DNA of 64,000 nt from Cercozoa sp. M6MM (GCA_040357565.1 JBDODJ010000060.1); one strand, 5' to 3'; positions 1 to 12,832 are shown, numbered from the stretch's first letter. Made by a program: numbers and translations. The notes: a model not told the origin generated them from the sequence alone.

Positions 1-721
1 CCATAGTCCATGTCGGATGTAGATGTGCACTCATCGATATCTCACGGCATACAACATATTCCTTTTCCTCTCACATTAATGCTACAGCTTTTTGTGGGAA
101 TTATCATATGAGAGCAGCAGATCATCTCTTTTGAACCAAAAGGAGCCGCCAGTCAGGCTGGCAGACGAGGACTAGTTGCCGTGATTATCGCATCCGATCG
201 ATCGCACGATACTGTATACTGTACCGCACCAAAACCAGTTGAGGAGTTGAGTAGGTGTGCGTTGTTGCCGGCGTTGTCAGTCGCTCGCATCTGTCGATGT
301 TATAGCTAAACTTACACACAGATACATAACCACATAAACTTACATCAATTTACACATACAATAGTATACGCATCGCATGCTAGCTAGACCCATACATGTT
401 ACGTACGGTAAATTAAAATCTCAGCCTACGCTAGTATACGAAACAACGATGACGCAAGTAAATTTATCGTATCGTGTTGACTCAACCGAACGCCTCGAGT
501 GTCAGCAATAATTTAAACTACTGCTGTAAATTTAGAACGAAAAGGGGCCGGACGTTGAATAGGTAAACTTACGGTACGGTTGGTGATTTAACTTACGTTA
601 CTAAGAGGCAATATTACGGTAATACAATCGAATCGGATCCGATCGATTACCCAACACTCGCACCCGCGTCGCCGTAACTCGCCTCAGCAGGCCAGGCCGT
701 CCATATGATGATAACTGTGGG

Positions 722-2297
722 CTACACGGTGGCGTGCGACAGCTTGTGCTCGCAGCCGTTCTCCACGATGCGCTGGAAGGCAGCTGGTCAAAAGCAGACG
801 CCGCCACACATAACACAGGATGGCTCAACGCAAAAGTAAGTACGGTACAAAATAAAGGGGATGGTGTGGTGTAAATTAAGTTACATGCAAAACGCCGACG
901 GAACTCCTGATCGTCCTGCGCGAGAGTCTCGCAGCAGCGGCGGAAGGACATGTCCTGTGCCAGCACCATGTCGACTGGCATCATGGTGAGCTCGCCGGTC
1001 TCGTCGTCGTGGTATTGCACCGGCCGACCCATCAACTTGTCGTGCTCACTACAGGTAACAACATGGTATGCAGACGGAGGGGGTGGGGGGTAAAGCTACC
1101 TCTGCACCCAGGTGCGCGTGAGGAGCTCCTTGAAGTATGAGTTGTCGAACTCGTGCGGGTTCTCGGTGTGCGCGCCCGAGTACTCGCTGATGTAGCTGTG
1201 CATACGGCCCACGGTGTGTCCACCGCCCATCAACTACACAGCATCAACACACAGCATACGATGGGCAGGTATGGAGGTACACTGGCCTAGCCCTACCGCC
1301 ACAATGTCCATGTCGTCGTGCACGTTGAGTCGCGCGAACAGCTTGCGCATGTAGGCCGCTGTCATGTGTCGCGTGCGCTCCGGGTTTTCTTCAGAGAGGT
1401 GGGTAAAAGGTGTGAGAGGGGGGGGGGGGTAAAGCACAGGTACTGGACACAACGCCGGCCGGGTCGGGCAGTCGACGCGCAAAATCGTTGCTGCTCTTGT
1501 CGGCGTCGGTGCGACCCGGTCGGAATGCCTGTGGACACCCTTGTTTGTAGTTGGAGAGAGTACACACTAGGGGGAGTCAAGGGACAGTACAATATCGGGA
1601 CCGCCCATCTGCTTGATGCCGACACAGGCGGCCAGCACGTAGAGGTCGGCGTGTGACACGGTGCCCTTGTACTTCTGGTACACCGACTCGAGTCGCTCGA
1701 CCACCTTGTCGATGCCGAAGTTGCCGAGTGCCTCCTTCTCCGGCGAGTGACTGCCAACACAGCCTTAACCACTACACACGAGCAGAACACCAGGTGTACC
1801 GAATGGAGGCGCCGTCGCAGCCGCCAGTCTCGGAGGCAGTGTCGAACGTGAAGGCCATGTTGCTCACCATGCGCACCACGGCAGGTGCCCACGAGCCCGT
1901 GACCTGCGTCTCGTCCAGCAGCGTGTGCTCCAGGTCACTGCGAACGGCGTCCCAGTTCACTTTCTCCTGTCCAATCAGCAGCCAGGTCAGACAGTTCAGT
2001 CAGGCAGTTCAGTCAAGTCACCCACTCAACAACATCATGCAACCAGATAGATACAGCACGGAACACAGCAAGACAAATACAGGATAATCGAGAAACTCAG
2101 GCTACATCGATCGAAGCTGGTGCCTGCATCCACCGGCGAACCAGGCAGTAGCCACCCACGCCTGCACCGACGCCGATCGCGAACGGTGCCAGAAAACCTG
2201 TGCCACCAGCTGCAGCCAAAATGGCGCCCACCTCTGCCATGCGGCGCTTCTGTTGGAAAGCGCGGCGACTCGCCCGCGCGGATGTGCGCAACATCAT
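722..2297 (-). CDS. Class I haem peroxidase-like protein (cytochrome c peroxidase/APX family), probably mitochondrial; catalytic residues altered
   Basis: Spliced exons give WAPAVVRMVSNMAFTFDTASETGGCDGASIR, VSHADLYVLAACVGIKQMGGP, LMGGHTVGRMH...FDNSYFKELL, MMPVDMVLAQD and FASAFQRIVENG, collinear with CcP/APX. The N-terminus is Arg/Ser-rich and followed by a hydrophobic segment. Confidence 0.88.
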
Positions 2298-2665
2298 TGC
2301 GTCAACTTGCCAGATACAAAACCAACTGCCACACTCTTAGAGAGCACCAGCGTGTGCACACGGTATGTTGCCGTTTCAAGGGCTTCTCAGAGATCGCCAC
2401 GCTTGCTTTGAGTCAAATAAATCCCCTTTAATTCTATGAGTTTCGTTTTGTGGTCTGTTTTGCTTTATGGAGTAGATCCGCGTTTATGCTGTTATGTCGT
2501 GGATTGATTAACAGGAGGATTTCTGAAGTAGTGCTTACAAGTAGAGACAGAAAAAACTACAGTTAAAACGAGTTCCGCTCGCGAAGCGAGCAAGGAGAGT
2601 GAAGAAACGCAACAGGCGAGCGGATCACAGTCGCGTCCACTTGCGAGAGAAAGACACGCAGGAGC

Positions 2666-3630
2666 TTAGAGCGTCACTTCCTCTGGCGAGGGGATCGTCG
2701 GGCACTACACACGCACAATGAGGTTGAACTGGAACCGAAACAGAGCGAGAGGGCTCAGAGCGAGAGGGTCAGAGGGAAAGCGTACAGCCTGCGACTTCAT
2801 GGAGACGACGATGCCGACAATGAGACCGTAGAGGGCGAGAGCCTCACCGAACACGAGCACAATGATCATCGACACCATGAGACTGGGTTGCTGGCCAACC
2901 GCACGGACACCTACAAGGCGGACAACCATTTGCGTCGAGTCCGATGATTAATTAAGTGGGGTGCATAAGCAGCGTACCAGCGTCACCGACGATACCGATC
3001 GAGAGACCGGCGGCCAAGCACGAGAGACCCGTCATGAGACCCGAGGCGAAGTGAGCATAGCCGTCGTGGCCAGAGTACTCGTCACCGACTGCGCACAGTA
3101 TACATTGTTAGCAGACACACAGACACACAGACACACACAAGCACACACAGACACACAAGCACACACAGACACAAGCACACAGACACACAGACAGAAAACG
3201 TACTGCGCGTGTTGATGATGATGCCGACAATGAGACCGTAGATACCGAGGATACCAGCCATGATAACCGGGATGATCGAGCGCATCACCTGTGCGCAAGA
3301 ATCATCACCATCATGGCGGGCCTTCGAGAAAGCACAACGACAGAGACGTGGCTACCATGTGCGGCGCCATGACACCCATCGACGACAGACCGACACCGGC
3401 CTTGGCTGTACCGTAGGCCGAACCCAGGTCTGATCAGAAGAAACAATAACTCACAAAAATAAACACACCGACAAACAAAAAATTGTTGCAACAAAACCAT
3501 TGCCCCTGCAACCAAGGCTTTAGCATAGACACAACGTACTAGAGAACACGATGGCAGCGGCAATGCCCATGTAGCCGAAGAAGGGCGCTGAGGCAGGGCA
3601 GTCCGCCACTTCGAACAGAACCGGGATCAT
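2666..3630 (-). CDS. ATP6V0C: V-type proton ATPase proteolipid subunit c
   Basis: [48 protein letters not shown] and [14 protein letters not shown] (conserved Glu). GT-AG introns; TAA at 2666-2668. Confidence 0.96.
3113..3192. repeat. Imperfect (CA)n microsatellite in an intron
   Basis: gacacacagacacacagacacacacaagcacacac... Confidence 0.85.
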
Positions 3631-3943
3631 GTTGCTTGCTGTTGTTAGATCTAAACGTGCGTGAGCTGTGCTATGACTCGCCTAAACGCGGTTTTCGTCA
3701 AAGTGCGACTTGTAGCGAGCCGGGAAGGCTCGTACAAGAAAAGTCGTGCTGGATCCGATCAGCTTTTTTGTGGTTAACGGTGCGTACTGCTTGCACACCA
3801 AGACCTGTGGCGATTCACGTGCAATCCAGAGCGTGTGCACACAAGGTGAGTGGTAGTGCTGCAGTACAGGCAAACCCAATGGCTGAATTCTTTTTGTGCA
3901 TCAGATGTCGTCTGCAAGCAAGCATGTGCGCGCCATGCGCGTC

Positions 3944-4861
3944 ATGATGCGCAAGGAGCGTCGTCAGGTGCTCGGTAGACACCTGGTCGATCCGATGGCT
4001 CAGGTGAATTTTGATTAGATGACTCCCAGATCAAAATTGCAAGCGAAGCGGTGTGTTTTAGGTGCTTCGCCCGCGTGGCGAGCCTCGTGGTACCTGGGTG
4101 CTGCTCGACATGCTTCGCGGCAAGAAGACGGGTACTTTTACGCCTGCTCCGTGCGTTATTGTATGCTCTGTCACAAATAAATACAGCCAAGCCGTTCTTG
4201 ACGCGTGCCAAGGAGTACCTGTTCTACCAGAAGCACGGTTCGTTTCCAGTGTTTTGGGGATGTGTTCTCCTGTGCACCCGGGTTGTCTTCTGCAGGCATG
4301 CAGTACGTGTCGTACGGTTTCTACGTGCTGACCGCCGCCACGGCGTTCCTCGGCTTCTTCATGTGTGTTACATTCATCTCTGCCCTGCTGATACGGAGAT
4401 TTTGTGTACAGCTACGGCGCTTTCGTTGCCGGTGACGATCCTTACTACATGCAGAAGAGATTCGCCGTACATTGCTTTGCTCGCCTTTAACCAACGTACA
4501 TTTAATTATGTGAGCACGCTCCTCAGGCCAATCTGATCGACGAGCACCTCGAAAATGGCGAGGCTGGTATGTTCCGTTTTGGTTCTGTAGACTTGTGTTA
4601 GATGTGATGTCTTGACGCAGGCTACTACTCGGACTACTGGAAGTACGTGGTGCGACCGGAGCACACCTGGAAATTCGACCACGGCTACAGCCGCCAGCTC
4701 ACTGAGCAGCAGATCCTCTACTGTACTGCTGTGCTTTTGCTGTCGTCTGTGGTCAGTCAGTACGCTCTTTGTGGGCAGACAAGAAGGCACTGCGCTCTCT
4801 GCACCCGTCGAACGCGATCAGTTTGCTTGAGGAGGATCTCAACACTCAGACGAGTGGATAA
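3944..4861 (+). CDS. Hypothetical single-pass membrane protein (~170 aa)
   Basis: GT-AG exons join in frame: ...KPFLTRAKEYLFYQKHGMQYVSYGFYVLTAATAFLGFFIYGAF...GYYSDYWKYVVRPEHTWKFDHGY...NTQTSG*. The first exon junction is ambiguous. Confidence 0.65.
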
Positions 4862-5068
4862 GAATGAACGCCGGCTGCCGACTTCGTCTGCTGAGTCGCG
4901 AGTCACGCCTCCCCCGCGACCTTTTTTTAATTTTCGTTTCTTGTTCCTACAGTGACATATCAGACAGTTTTCGTTGCGACTGAGTTAACCCTGCCGCTAA
5001 TTATAAGGGTTAAAGAACTTAGGTCGAGTCCTTGCTTGCTTCCCGACGGTGACAGCAATAATCGAAAC

Positions 5069-5583
5069 CTACTCAGTAGCAGTCGCGGCGGAGAGTGTTC
5101 GCGCGCGTGACCGCTCGTTGAGTTCGTGTTGGAATTGCAGCAACTCTTCCAGAAGAACGACCTGGTCCACGTACCTGTCAGCGCGTTGCCTGGCCTCTTC
5201 GTCCTACATATGTAATGTATTTCGCACGCGACAAGATCAGGAGAAGTACGGTTGGTGGCGTGAGGTTGAGTTTCAGGTTAACGGTCGTAAAGTGATCGAC
5301 AAGGTAAACTCCTGTAGTTGTCGAAAGTCCCATCACGACCACCTGTGTGGCGATAGGTCTATGTATAGAACAAATTCGAGTCCATGTACCAGCGCTACCA
5401 TAACTAGCTTATCCTTCAATGACATCCTCAGAATCGGGAGGTTCCATTGTGCGTTGTTGACCTACCACCCCGGGAAATGCACAGATACATGGAGACAATG
5501 AATCAACAAAGTACCTCGCGAACGAGACCTGCACTTTTCATGTCACGCGTTCGCGCCAGCGACAGAAATCGCCTTCCCAGCAT
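5069..5583 (-). CDS. Hypothetical small membrane protein with a mitochondrial-presequence-like N-terminus
   Basis: Four in-frame exons: MLGRRFLSLARTRDMKSAGLVRE / VNNAQWNLP...KLVMVAL / VVVMGLSTTTGVYLV... / DEEARQRADRYVDQVVLLEELL...ATE*. Confidence 0.65.
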
Positions 5584-5747
5584 TCTGATCAACAAAATAG
5601 CGAAGGATACCACTTCTGCACACTCTCACAGCTCGACTGAAGGCAAATAAATTGGTTAAGGACTCCGCTTTTGAGAAATGGAAAGTGGCCGATCGGTGGA
5701 AGCGTGCACAAAGGAGTGTTCTACTGGTTTGGTAGTGCACACTTGCC

Positions 5748-7628
5748 ATGACGCATCGTCTTCTGCGCGGCGCGTTTAAATTCGTGGTCGATCCGCGACC
5801 GCGCGTTTTGCTGCTTCCGCTGGTATGATGCGGAACTGACCGGCTTTCTTCTCTCCTAAGCGGTTTGTGTGCTCAGGTGGCGTATGGCCTCGCACAGACA
5901 TGTGATTTTGAGCGTCCTGCCTTGCTTCCTGAGCGCTTGCCGCCGCTTGGCGAAAAGCTGACGTTGTCACGCGAAGGTGTGGATTCTGTTTTGCGGATTT
6001 GTTTGACGGATTTCTGTTTGACGTGCTTTTCGCTTTCAGAGCACACAAAACTGTGGGCACCGCGTGAAAACGAAGAGAAAAAGGCGAAGCGAAAGGTGCC
6101 CGGCCATGTTTTCACAGTTTTAATTGTCTGCATTGTCAAGTTTGCGCTTTAGATACCGGTGAGACCGAAGCTGCCTGATGTGCATAGTTCGGGCCCGCTT
6201 GAGCGCAAGAACCCCTCTCGCATTGCTGTACGTAGATTATTTTGTTGTGTTAAAGAGTTAGCAATTTAAGTTTCTACAGGCCTTGCAATGTTTTGTCGAT
6301 GAGAGCGATGTGCGGCAACGACAACTTCGTGCGGATTTGCAGCAGATGTTGCACGATGTCGCTTACACGAGGTAGCGCGTGTTTCGCTCACCAATCACAT
6401 GAGATTGTTTGGTTGCCTTTAGTCCCGAACTCGCCTACCTGTCGCGAGTGCAGGTATGCATAGCTTTGCAAACTCGTAGCCGTAAGCTTGCTTTTACTCT
6501 GCCTCCAAACCAAATAGGTGCATGTCGTCGATGACAAGCGAATCGGCATTTTGAAGCCTCACATTCAGCTGTCGCTTGACAAGTGAGTTTGTCCTGTCTT
6601 GTCTTATCATCTGCTGCTGTGCGTTGATCTTGACATTGTGTAGGGAGGATGACCGTGTGTTCTTGTTGGGTGACTACGACATTTGCGTTTCGACTGAGAT
6701 GCTCAATTACTACGGTCGAATGCAGGTGTGCTTGCTTTCTATCGTTCGAACTGTCTGGGCTGTGTAGCACATCTTTTTCGTTGGCACAGGTACTGTCGGC
6801 CGTGATGCACATGGTGGGTCACGTGGCCAGTCGCACATTGTGCCAACGCCGAGGTAGCTTCTTTGTGATTTTATTGACTTTCCGATCTATTCGCGGTACC
6901 ACAGGCATCCTTGAGGCCCCGATTGAGGTTCCTTTCTTTGGTGAATACAAAGTCAACCTGCTCGAAGCTGCCTCGTTCGTGGCACTGCCTTTCTTCTTCC
7001 ACGCACTGTGCTACCGCTCGCTCGAGCGCTGGTGGAAGCGCCTGCAGTACGAAGCTGCAGACTCTGCTGCGTATGTTCATTTATCTGATTTGTTTGTTGG
7101 CAGATAGATATATGTGTGTGTGTGTGTGTGTGTGCAGACTGACACTGTGGAATGTCACAAGGCTGGGTCGTGAGGCGACTCATTCGTACTCGCTTCTTTT
7201 GGCGTCGGTGCTGGATAGCAGCAACAGCGACAAGTGGATTGATCGGTCTTACAACTCGGTACGCATCTCCACTCATGGGTTTATAACTAACTCCCTTCCT
7301 GCTTTTGGTAGCGATTCGTGGTGTTCTCGCCAGCCATGCAGAATTGGTTCTGGCACCTTGATCGCGACATTGGTTTCTGGGCTCATCGCATTAAGCGACT
7401 GGTACATCCCCCCCCCCCGCGCTCTCTATTGCTCCATAGTGTTTAACTTCACACTTTATGTCCAGGTGCACTTGGAGGAGAAGTGGGGTATGCAAAAGCG
7501 ACTGCCCGACGGCACCATCTCTGCCTGGGTAAATACACTCGTGTACCCGCCACCGCTCTGCATCTACCGTGTGTTCGATGCAGGTGCCGCCGCAACACGT
7601 TCCGGTTGAAGTTCCCAAAACGGCGTAG
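5748..7628 (+). CDS. Hypothetical multi-pass membrane protein
   Basis: Exon chain MTHRLLRGAFKF... / EDDRVFLLGDYD... / LLEAASFVALPFFFHALCY / IGSGTLIATLVSGLIALSDW / ...VPKTA* with GT-AG introns. No family recognised. Confidence 0.55.
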
Positions 7629-7927
7629 TCAGTTGTTCAAGCCTCTAGGAGCATCGCGTTTGGTTCGCGACCGTTCACGTCGATCCCTCTTTTCATATTA
7701 TACTTCTGTTTCGTTTCCTTCAAACCGCTCAACTGACCGGAAATTATTCGCCGACACGTGCAAACACGCATGAGCCCCCGGTACCCCAGTTACGCTAACA
7801 CGCGCGGAATGGAATTAAGTCTAAGTTAACGAGGAACGGACGCGAATTATACCCGTATTTTACTACTACGCGGATCGTCGCGTACGTTGCTCAACTTGAA
7901 AGCAAATCGACTGCCATCCCACCTGAG

Positions 7928-9525
7928 TCAAACGAGAAGGTGCGACAACACAACAGCAACAGCGTTGCTCACGTTCTATACAAAATGAAGATGCATCCCC
8001 AGGAGGATACACGGAGAACTGAGAGATAAAATACGAGGGAATCGACGCCGTAGTGCGCCAGTTCGGCCGACCTGTGGGCAGCTTGCGGGATTGTTACATG
8101 TGACTGCGCAGTGATAAATGAGATGAAAATGACTCAAATTCATAACATCAGTGGTACAGTGCAAGGCATAGCATCACGCAGTCCATCTGAAAACACAAGG
8201 AATTAAACATATGCAGAAAGCCCTAGCAACGCGAGGCACCATGTTCGTTGCTTGCAACGAGAACGACATGTCGCGTTGTTTCTTTCGGTTTGTAGTCGCG
8301 CACAGAAACAGAGTCGGACTGCAACGACATGCCGAGCACCTCAATGTCTTGTCTTTCGCTCTAAGAAAACACAGATAGGATCAGGCAAATGAACGGTGGG
8401 GAAGGGATACCATTTGTTGTTTGAGAAATTCGACAACACCCGCTGGCCGCACAACTGGCAGCCACTCAATCGCACCAGCACTAGCAGAACAACATCGAGG
8501 AGGCTAACAAAGATATCAAGCAAAGCGATATACCTTGTTTTCGACACAATCGGCGACAGTGGCGCACTGTTTTTCGCAGACACCATGACGCCAGATGCTC
8601 CGAAGAACGCAGACGAGCGTGCGATCTGGAACAGACCGGGGGAAATTTGTTGGAAACTACAGCAAGGGTGAAAAGAAAACCAACCGCTCCAAGATTTTGC
8701 GGGTCCAATACGCGATCCGCGAGCACCCATACATAGAGCTGTTGCACACGGAGCGTATATTAACAAAATGAACAGTAAAGTTAGGAGAAAACCAAACACA
8801 CCTTTTGTTCGCCCACGAGTTTTTCAGCATCGTCAAATGTAGCGATGACGTTCACCGGCAACGAGCCGACATCCTTCAGTCTAAACATACCTCAGCGTGA
8901 AAGGGAGAAAACGCGTGATTAAGCCCAAACTATAGTACATGAAGCCGTTGTGAGGCGAGTCGAAGAGCATGTGCTCATCCAACTCTCGTCGTCCGGCGTA
9001 CGCCCACTGCAGCTGCAGTTTGTGCATCTGTTTCTTCAGTTCGTTCCATTGCTTTCTTCGCTTGTTGACCGCAACGTCCGAGACCAACAAGGTGGCATTC
9101 GACAAGTTACGTTGGTTCGCCATCAAGCAACTCCGAACGCTGTCGAATCCAAACAACGTCCCATCGCTGTTATCACTGTGAATGGAGTCGCTGTTTTGGC
9201 CTCCTTGATCCGGCCCGGCACGGGTACTGCGATTTCTAGGACTGCCCCTGTTTCTGTCATTGTTCCTGCCATTGCTCCTGTCATTGTTCCTGCCGTTGCT
9301 TCTGCCACTTCTGCCAGTTCTGTTTCGGTCATTATCCCTGTCATTGCTTCGCCGATGGTTGAATGGATTGCGCGAGAACAAGCGCAGAACGCCAGTCTGA
9401 TGCGGTAAGCGCCGACGGACTTGCGCACACACACTTGCGCACATGTCACACCTTTCGATCAAAGACTGCAGCTCATCATCTCTGATGTCTTTAAAATTTG
9501 GGTCACACAGTACAGAAATGTGCAT
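7928..9525 (-). CDS. MRM1: SpoU/TrmH-family rRNA 2'-O-methyltransferase (MRM1/RlmB-like); true start may be Met at 9444
   Basis: LFGFDSV substrate-binding domain, motif 1 DRVLDPQNLGA/IARSSAFFGA, motif 3 GVDSL/NVSNAVAVVL; TGA at 7928-7930. Confidence 0.85.
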
Positions 9526-9594
9526 TAAGACAGCATCTTATACAGGTGCCGAATTCAGTTCTGTGACTAACGGTTAGTAGTCCAGTGTCTTACA

Positions 9595-10136
9595 ATGGTA
9601 AGAATTATAATTTTTCTATACGGCACGTGCGTCTGAGCACATGTGCTAGATGATTCGTGGCATTTTGCAAACACACTCTGGACTCTGGGCAGGACTGGGA
9701 GGGCCAGCGTGCGGCGAACTACGTCGCCACCGGCATGATGTGCATGGCCACACTGGCCTCAGTAGGTGTGGGCTACATGCGGCAAGACTTTGACCTGACC
9801 ACCAAGGGCATCCTGCTTGGCGCCGTTCTGACTGCCATTGTGGTTCGACTCTACCCCCTCGCTTGGCCTTGTGTTAGTATTGTGCGAACGTAGATTGTGC
9901 CGGCATGGCCGTGCTTCCGGCGCAACAAGCAGCGCGAGTGGCAGCCCAGTGGCGCCGGCATTGCAGACCAGGAGGCACTCGAGGCTGAGAGCGGCGACAA
10001 CTCGGACTCGGACCGAGACGACCTCGTGGCCGGCAGCGACGACGACTCGCTCAGCAGCGACAACGACGACGACGCTGTTAACGACGCCGTTGGCACCGAC
10101 AGAATACAACTCGACGAGGACGACAGCGATGAGTAG
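9595..10136 (+). CDS. SPCS1: Signal peptidase complex subunit 1 (SPC12) with acidic C-terminal tail
   Basis: ATG / intron 9598-9692 / DWEGQRAAN...two hydrophobic segments...IVPAWPCFRRN matches the MDWxGQ...VPxWP signature. Confidence 0.88.
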
Positions 10137-10338
10137 GACATGACGAGGAAATTAAAAAACCCGTGCTGGGTTCGCCACTTGTACAGTACTTTTGTACACT
10201 CCATGGTTGTTCACTTCTCAACGACTTCAGAACAATGTAAACGGACCTTTTTCATCCAAAAAATAACAACGCTCGACTTTTAGACTGCTGATCGCTCAAT
10301 TGACCTGCGTCCACGTGTGCTTGTTGTAAAGCAAGCGC

Positions 10339-12832
10339 ATGGGCTCAGTAGCTATCATTGGTGCCGGACCAGCGGTATAAAATTTTTGATTGTATTTGTC
10401 GTGCGGATGCGATGCAAAGTCAGTTCTTGTATTTTCGTGGGACAGGGCATTGCGACCGCGCGGTCGTTGGAAGCACGCGGCTTGCGAGCAGAGGTATTTG
10501 ATCGTGCAGATCAAGTTGGTGGACTGTGGCGTCAGCGAGAGTCACCCAACGATGTTTGCACATGGAGTGGTACGTCATTTCTGTGTGTTTAGATATTATT
10601 GATCATGGAGCAGGCATGAGATGCAATTTGAGTCGAGCAACGATGTCTTTTGGTGACATATCGATGCCTGGCGATCTTGGTATTATGTGCTTTCGTTTTT
10701 CATTGATTTGTTGTCCAAGAGGCACTTCATTGTCTCACAGCGGGTCATGCCACAACCGAGGAAGTGCGCGACTACTTGAACACATGTGTTTCGACTCTAT
10801 CTGTACCCTTTGTTTTTTAAACTTTAACTAACATTATTTCATGTGTCCTTTTTGTAGACGACAGTGTTTCGACTGCACTCGCGAGTGACACGAATTTCGC
10901 GCTGCGATGGCGGCCGCTTTGTCGTGCGATGGCAGGATACCCACAGTGTAGTTTGTGTACACTTGACTTTGCAAGAGACTGCACTGCTTTTTGTTGACAG
11001 GAAGAGGAACACAGTGCCGTCTACAGTCAAGTAGTCCTCTGCACTGGCGTGTTCAACACGCCAAAGCTTCCGGTATTGGATGCGTCGGTTCCTGTGATTC
11101 ACAGTGCGCACTGTCAGGGTACAGTACCAGTGTTTTCGCTCATTTGCTGGTCTTCCTTTTATTGTGCCTCTGTACTTTGAAGGAGACGATGCGTATCTCC
11201 AAACTCATTTTGGGGGTCGCCGTGTACTTGTGGTCGGCAGCGGCTTCTCGGGTATGCTTGTATCCTGCAGTACACCTCGACTTCCTTTCTGTATTCATTG
11301 GCGTAGGCACGGAACTGGCGTGTCTTGTGGCCGAGCGTGTTCCCACAGCCAAACTCACGGTGGCACTTGGCAGACCACGTTACTATCTTCACAGAATGCT
11401 GGACGATACTGACGGTGTCAAGCGACCCCTCGATCACGTGTTCTACTCTGTCGACATGCGCGATCACCCTGAGGACGACACGAGCGATCAAAACGACCAT
11501 AATGATCCCAATGATCCCAACAGCAAACAGCACATCTACTTGAGGTACTTTTGGTAGGTTTAGCTGGCGTTTCATTTGTCTACTATATATTCTCGCAGAC
11601 GACAAGCAAAAAGTGAGCTGGCCACCATCGCTGACTGGCGTCTCGCACCGCCTCGAGGTGGTGGTACTCTCGTCCTAGTTTCTTTGGCATAATGCTCCTA
11701 CTGTGTAATGTCGAGATGTCCTTAGCAAGACGCGTTGCTATCACTGACCACTTCGTTGAACTGGTATTTGACCTTGCAGTGTATTGCATATTGGCGCTAT
11801 CAGGGATGACTCAGGTCGCTCTGGATCGAATTGCGGTGCGTCGCAACTTGTGCGAAATTCAACGAAACTTCGCCGTTTTCGGTCCGCAAGTGCCCAGCGG
11901 GTCAGTTTTGGAGTCTTTAGTTTTGTGCTCGTTTTGTGCTGATTACGTTTGTTTGCTCGAACCTGCAGACAAGACCGAAAAGAGTACTTTGACATTGTGC
12001 TCGCGTGCACTGGCTTCACTTGCGACCTGTCCTTCCTGTCGGAAGAGCTTCAACAACAGCTCGGCTATGATGTACTCCATTTTAGTGATCATATTATAGT
12101 ATTACTCTCTTTGTGTGTCCAGGCGAAAAGCAAGCAGCCTGTGCTAGCGCAAGAAGGCGTGTTCCCCTGTGTCGGACCGTGTGACCTGTAAATATACACT
12201 TGTCTTTGCCAGGTCAATTTATGCGTGTGGCATAGTGCGTGCGTGGGCGTCTACAACGGACCCTACTTTGGCGTGATCAAACAGCAAGCAGAGTGGGTGG
12301 CTGACGTGTTTTCTAGCACCCTCGCTGTCGGCAGTGACACCGAGAGAGCACAAGTGCTGACGCGCGAAGTGGCCCAACGAGAGTACTCTGGGCTTGTGTC
12401 CCGTTTGTATTGCATACTTGTTTGAACTTAAACAGACTAGCTGACTGCAGTGGACTTCGGCAACCTCAGTTCGTGCGCGAGTACGGACGGATGATGGCTT
12501 CTTTGGGTACCTCTCATGAAAGTTAGTCAGAAGTGACTGCTTCTTAAATCAATGTTGCGGTAGGACGTCTGCGAGGCGTCTGGCCGCCTCCTGTCGACTG
12601 TGTTGAGTGCGTTTCCGTTGGAAGTTTAGGAGATTAAGAAAGATGCTTGTGTCAATAAATTACTTTGGCAATGCAGAGGTCAAAAACTGCGGCAAGAAAT
12701 CTGTCAGGACAAATTCTGGCGGTACGTTTCTGTTGCTTCACAGTCTTTCAAACAGTTATTGCACTGGCGCGCAGGCCGGAGTATCTGTTCCGCAGTGCGG
12801 ACATTGTGCGCAATTCTACTGATATCAGCTGA
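10339..12832 (+). CDS. Flavin-containing monooxygenase (FMO-like)
   Basis: FAD motif VAIIGAGPAG, VGGLW, VVLCTGVF, NADPH motif RVLVVGSGFSG, VLACTGF and VGVYNGPYFGVIKQQAEW. Confidence 0.88.

Noticed and set aside
1-300. Minus-strand peptides DIDEC (EGF-like) and RATDNAGN (Ig-like)
   Set aside because: Too short, with no further Cys pattern, a nearby stop and the window edge; no gene model can be supported.
180-650. Short palindromes (e.g. AATCGAATCGGATCCGATCGATT) and recurring TACGGTA
   Set aside because: No regular spacing or terminal structure; consistent with low-complexity intergenic DNA.
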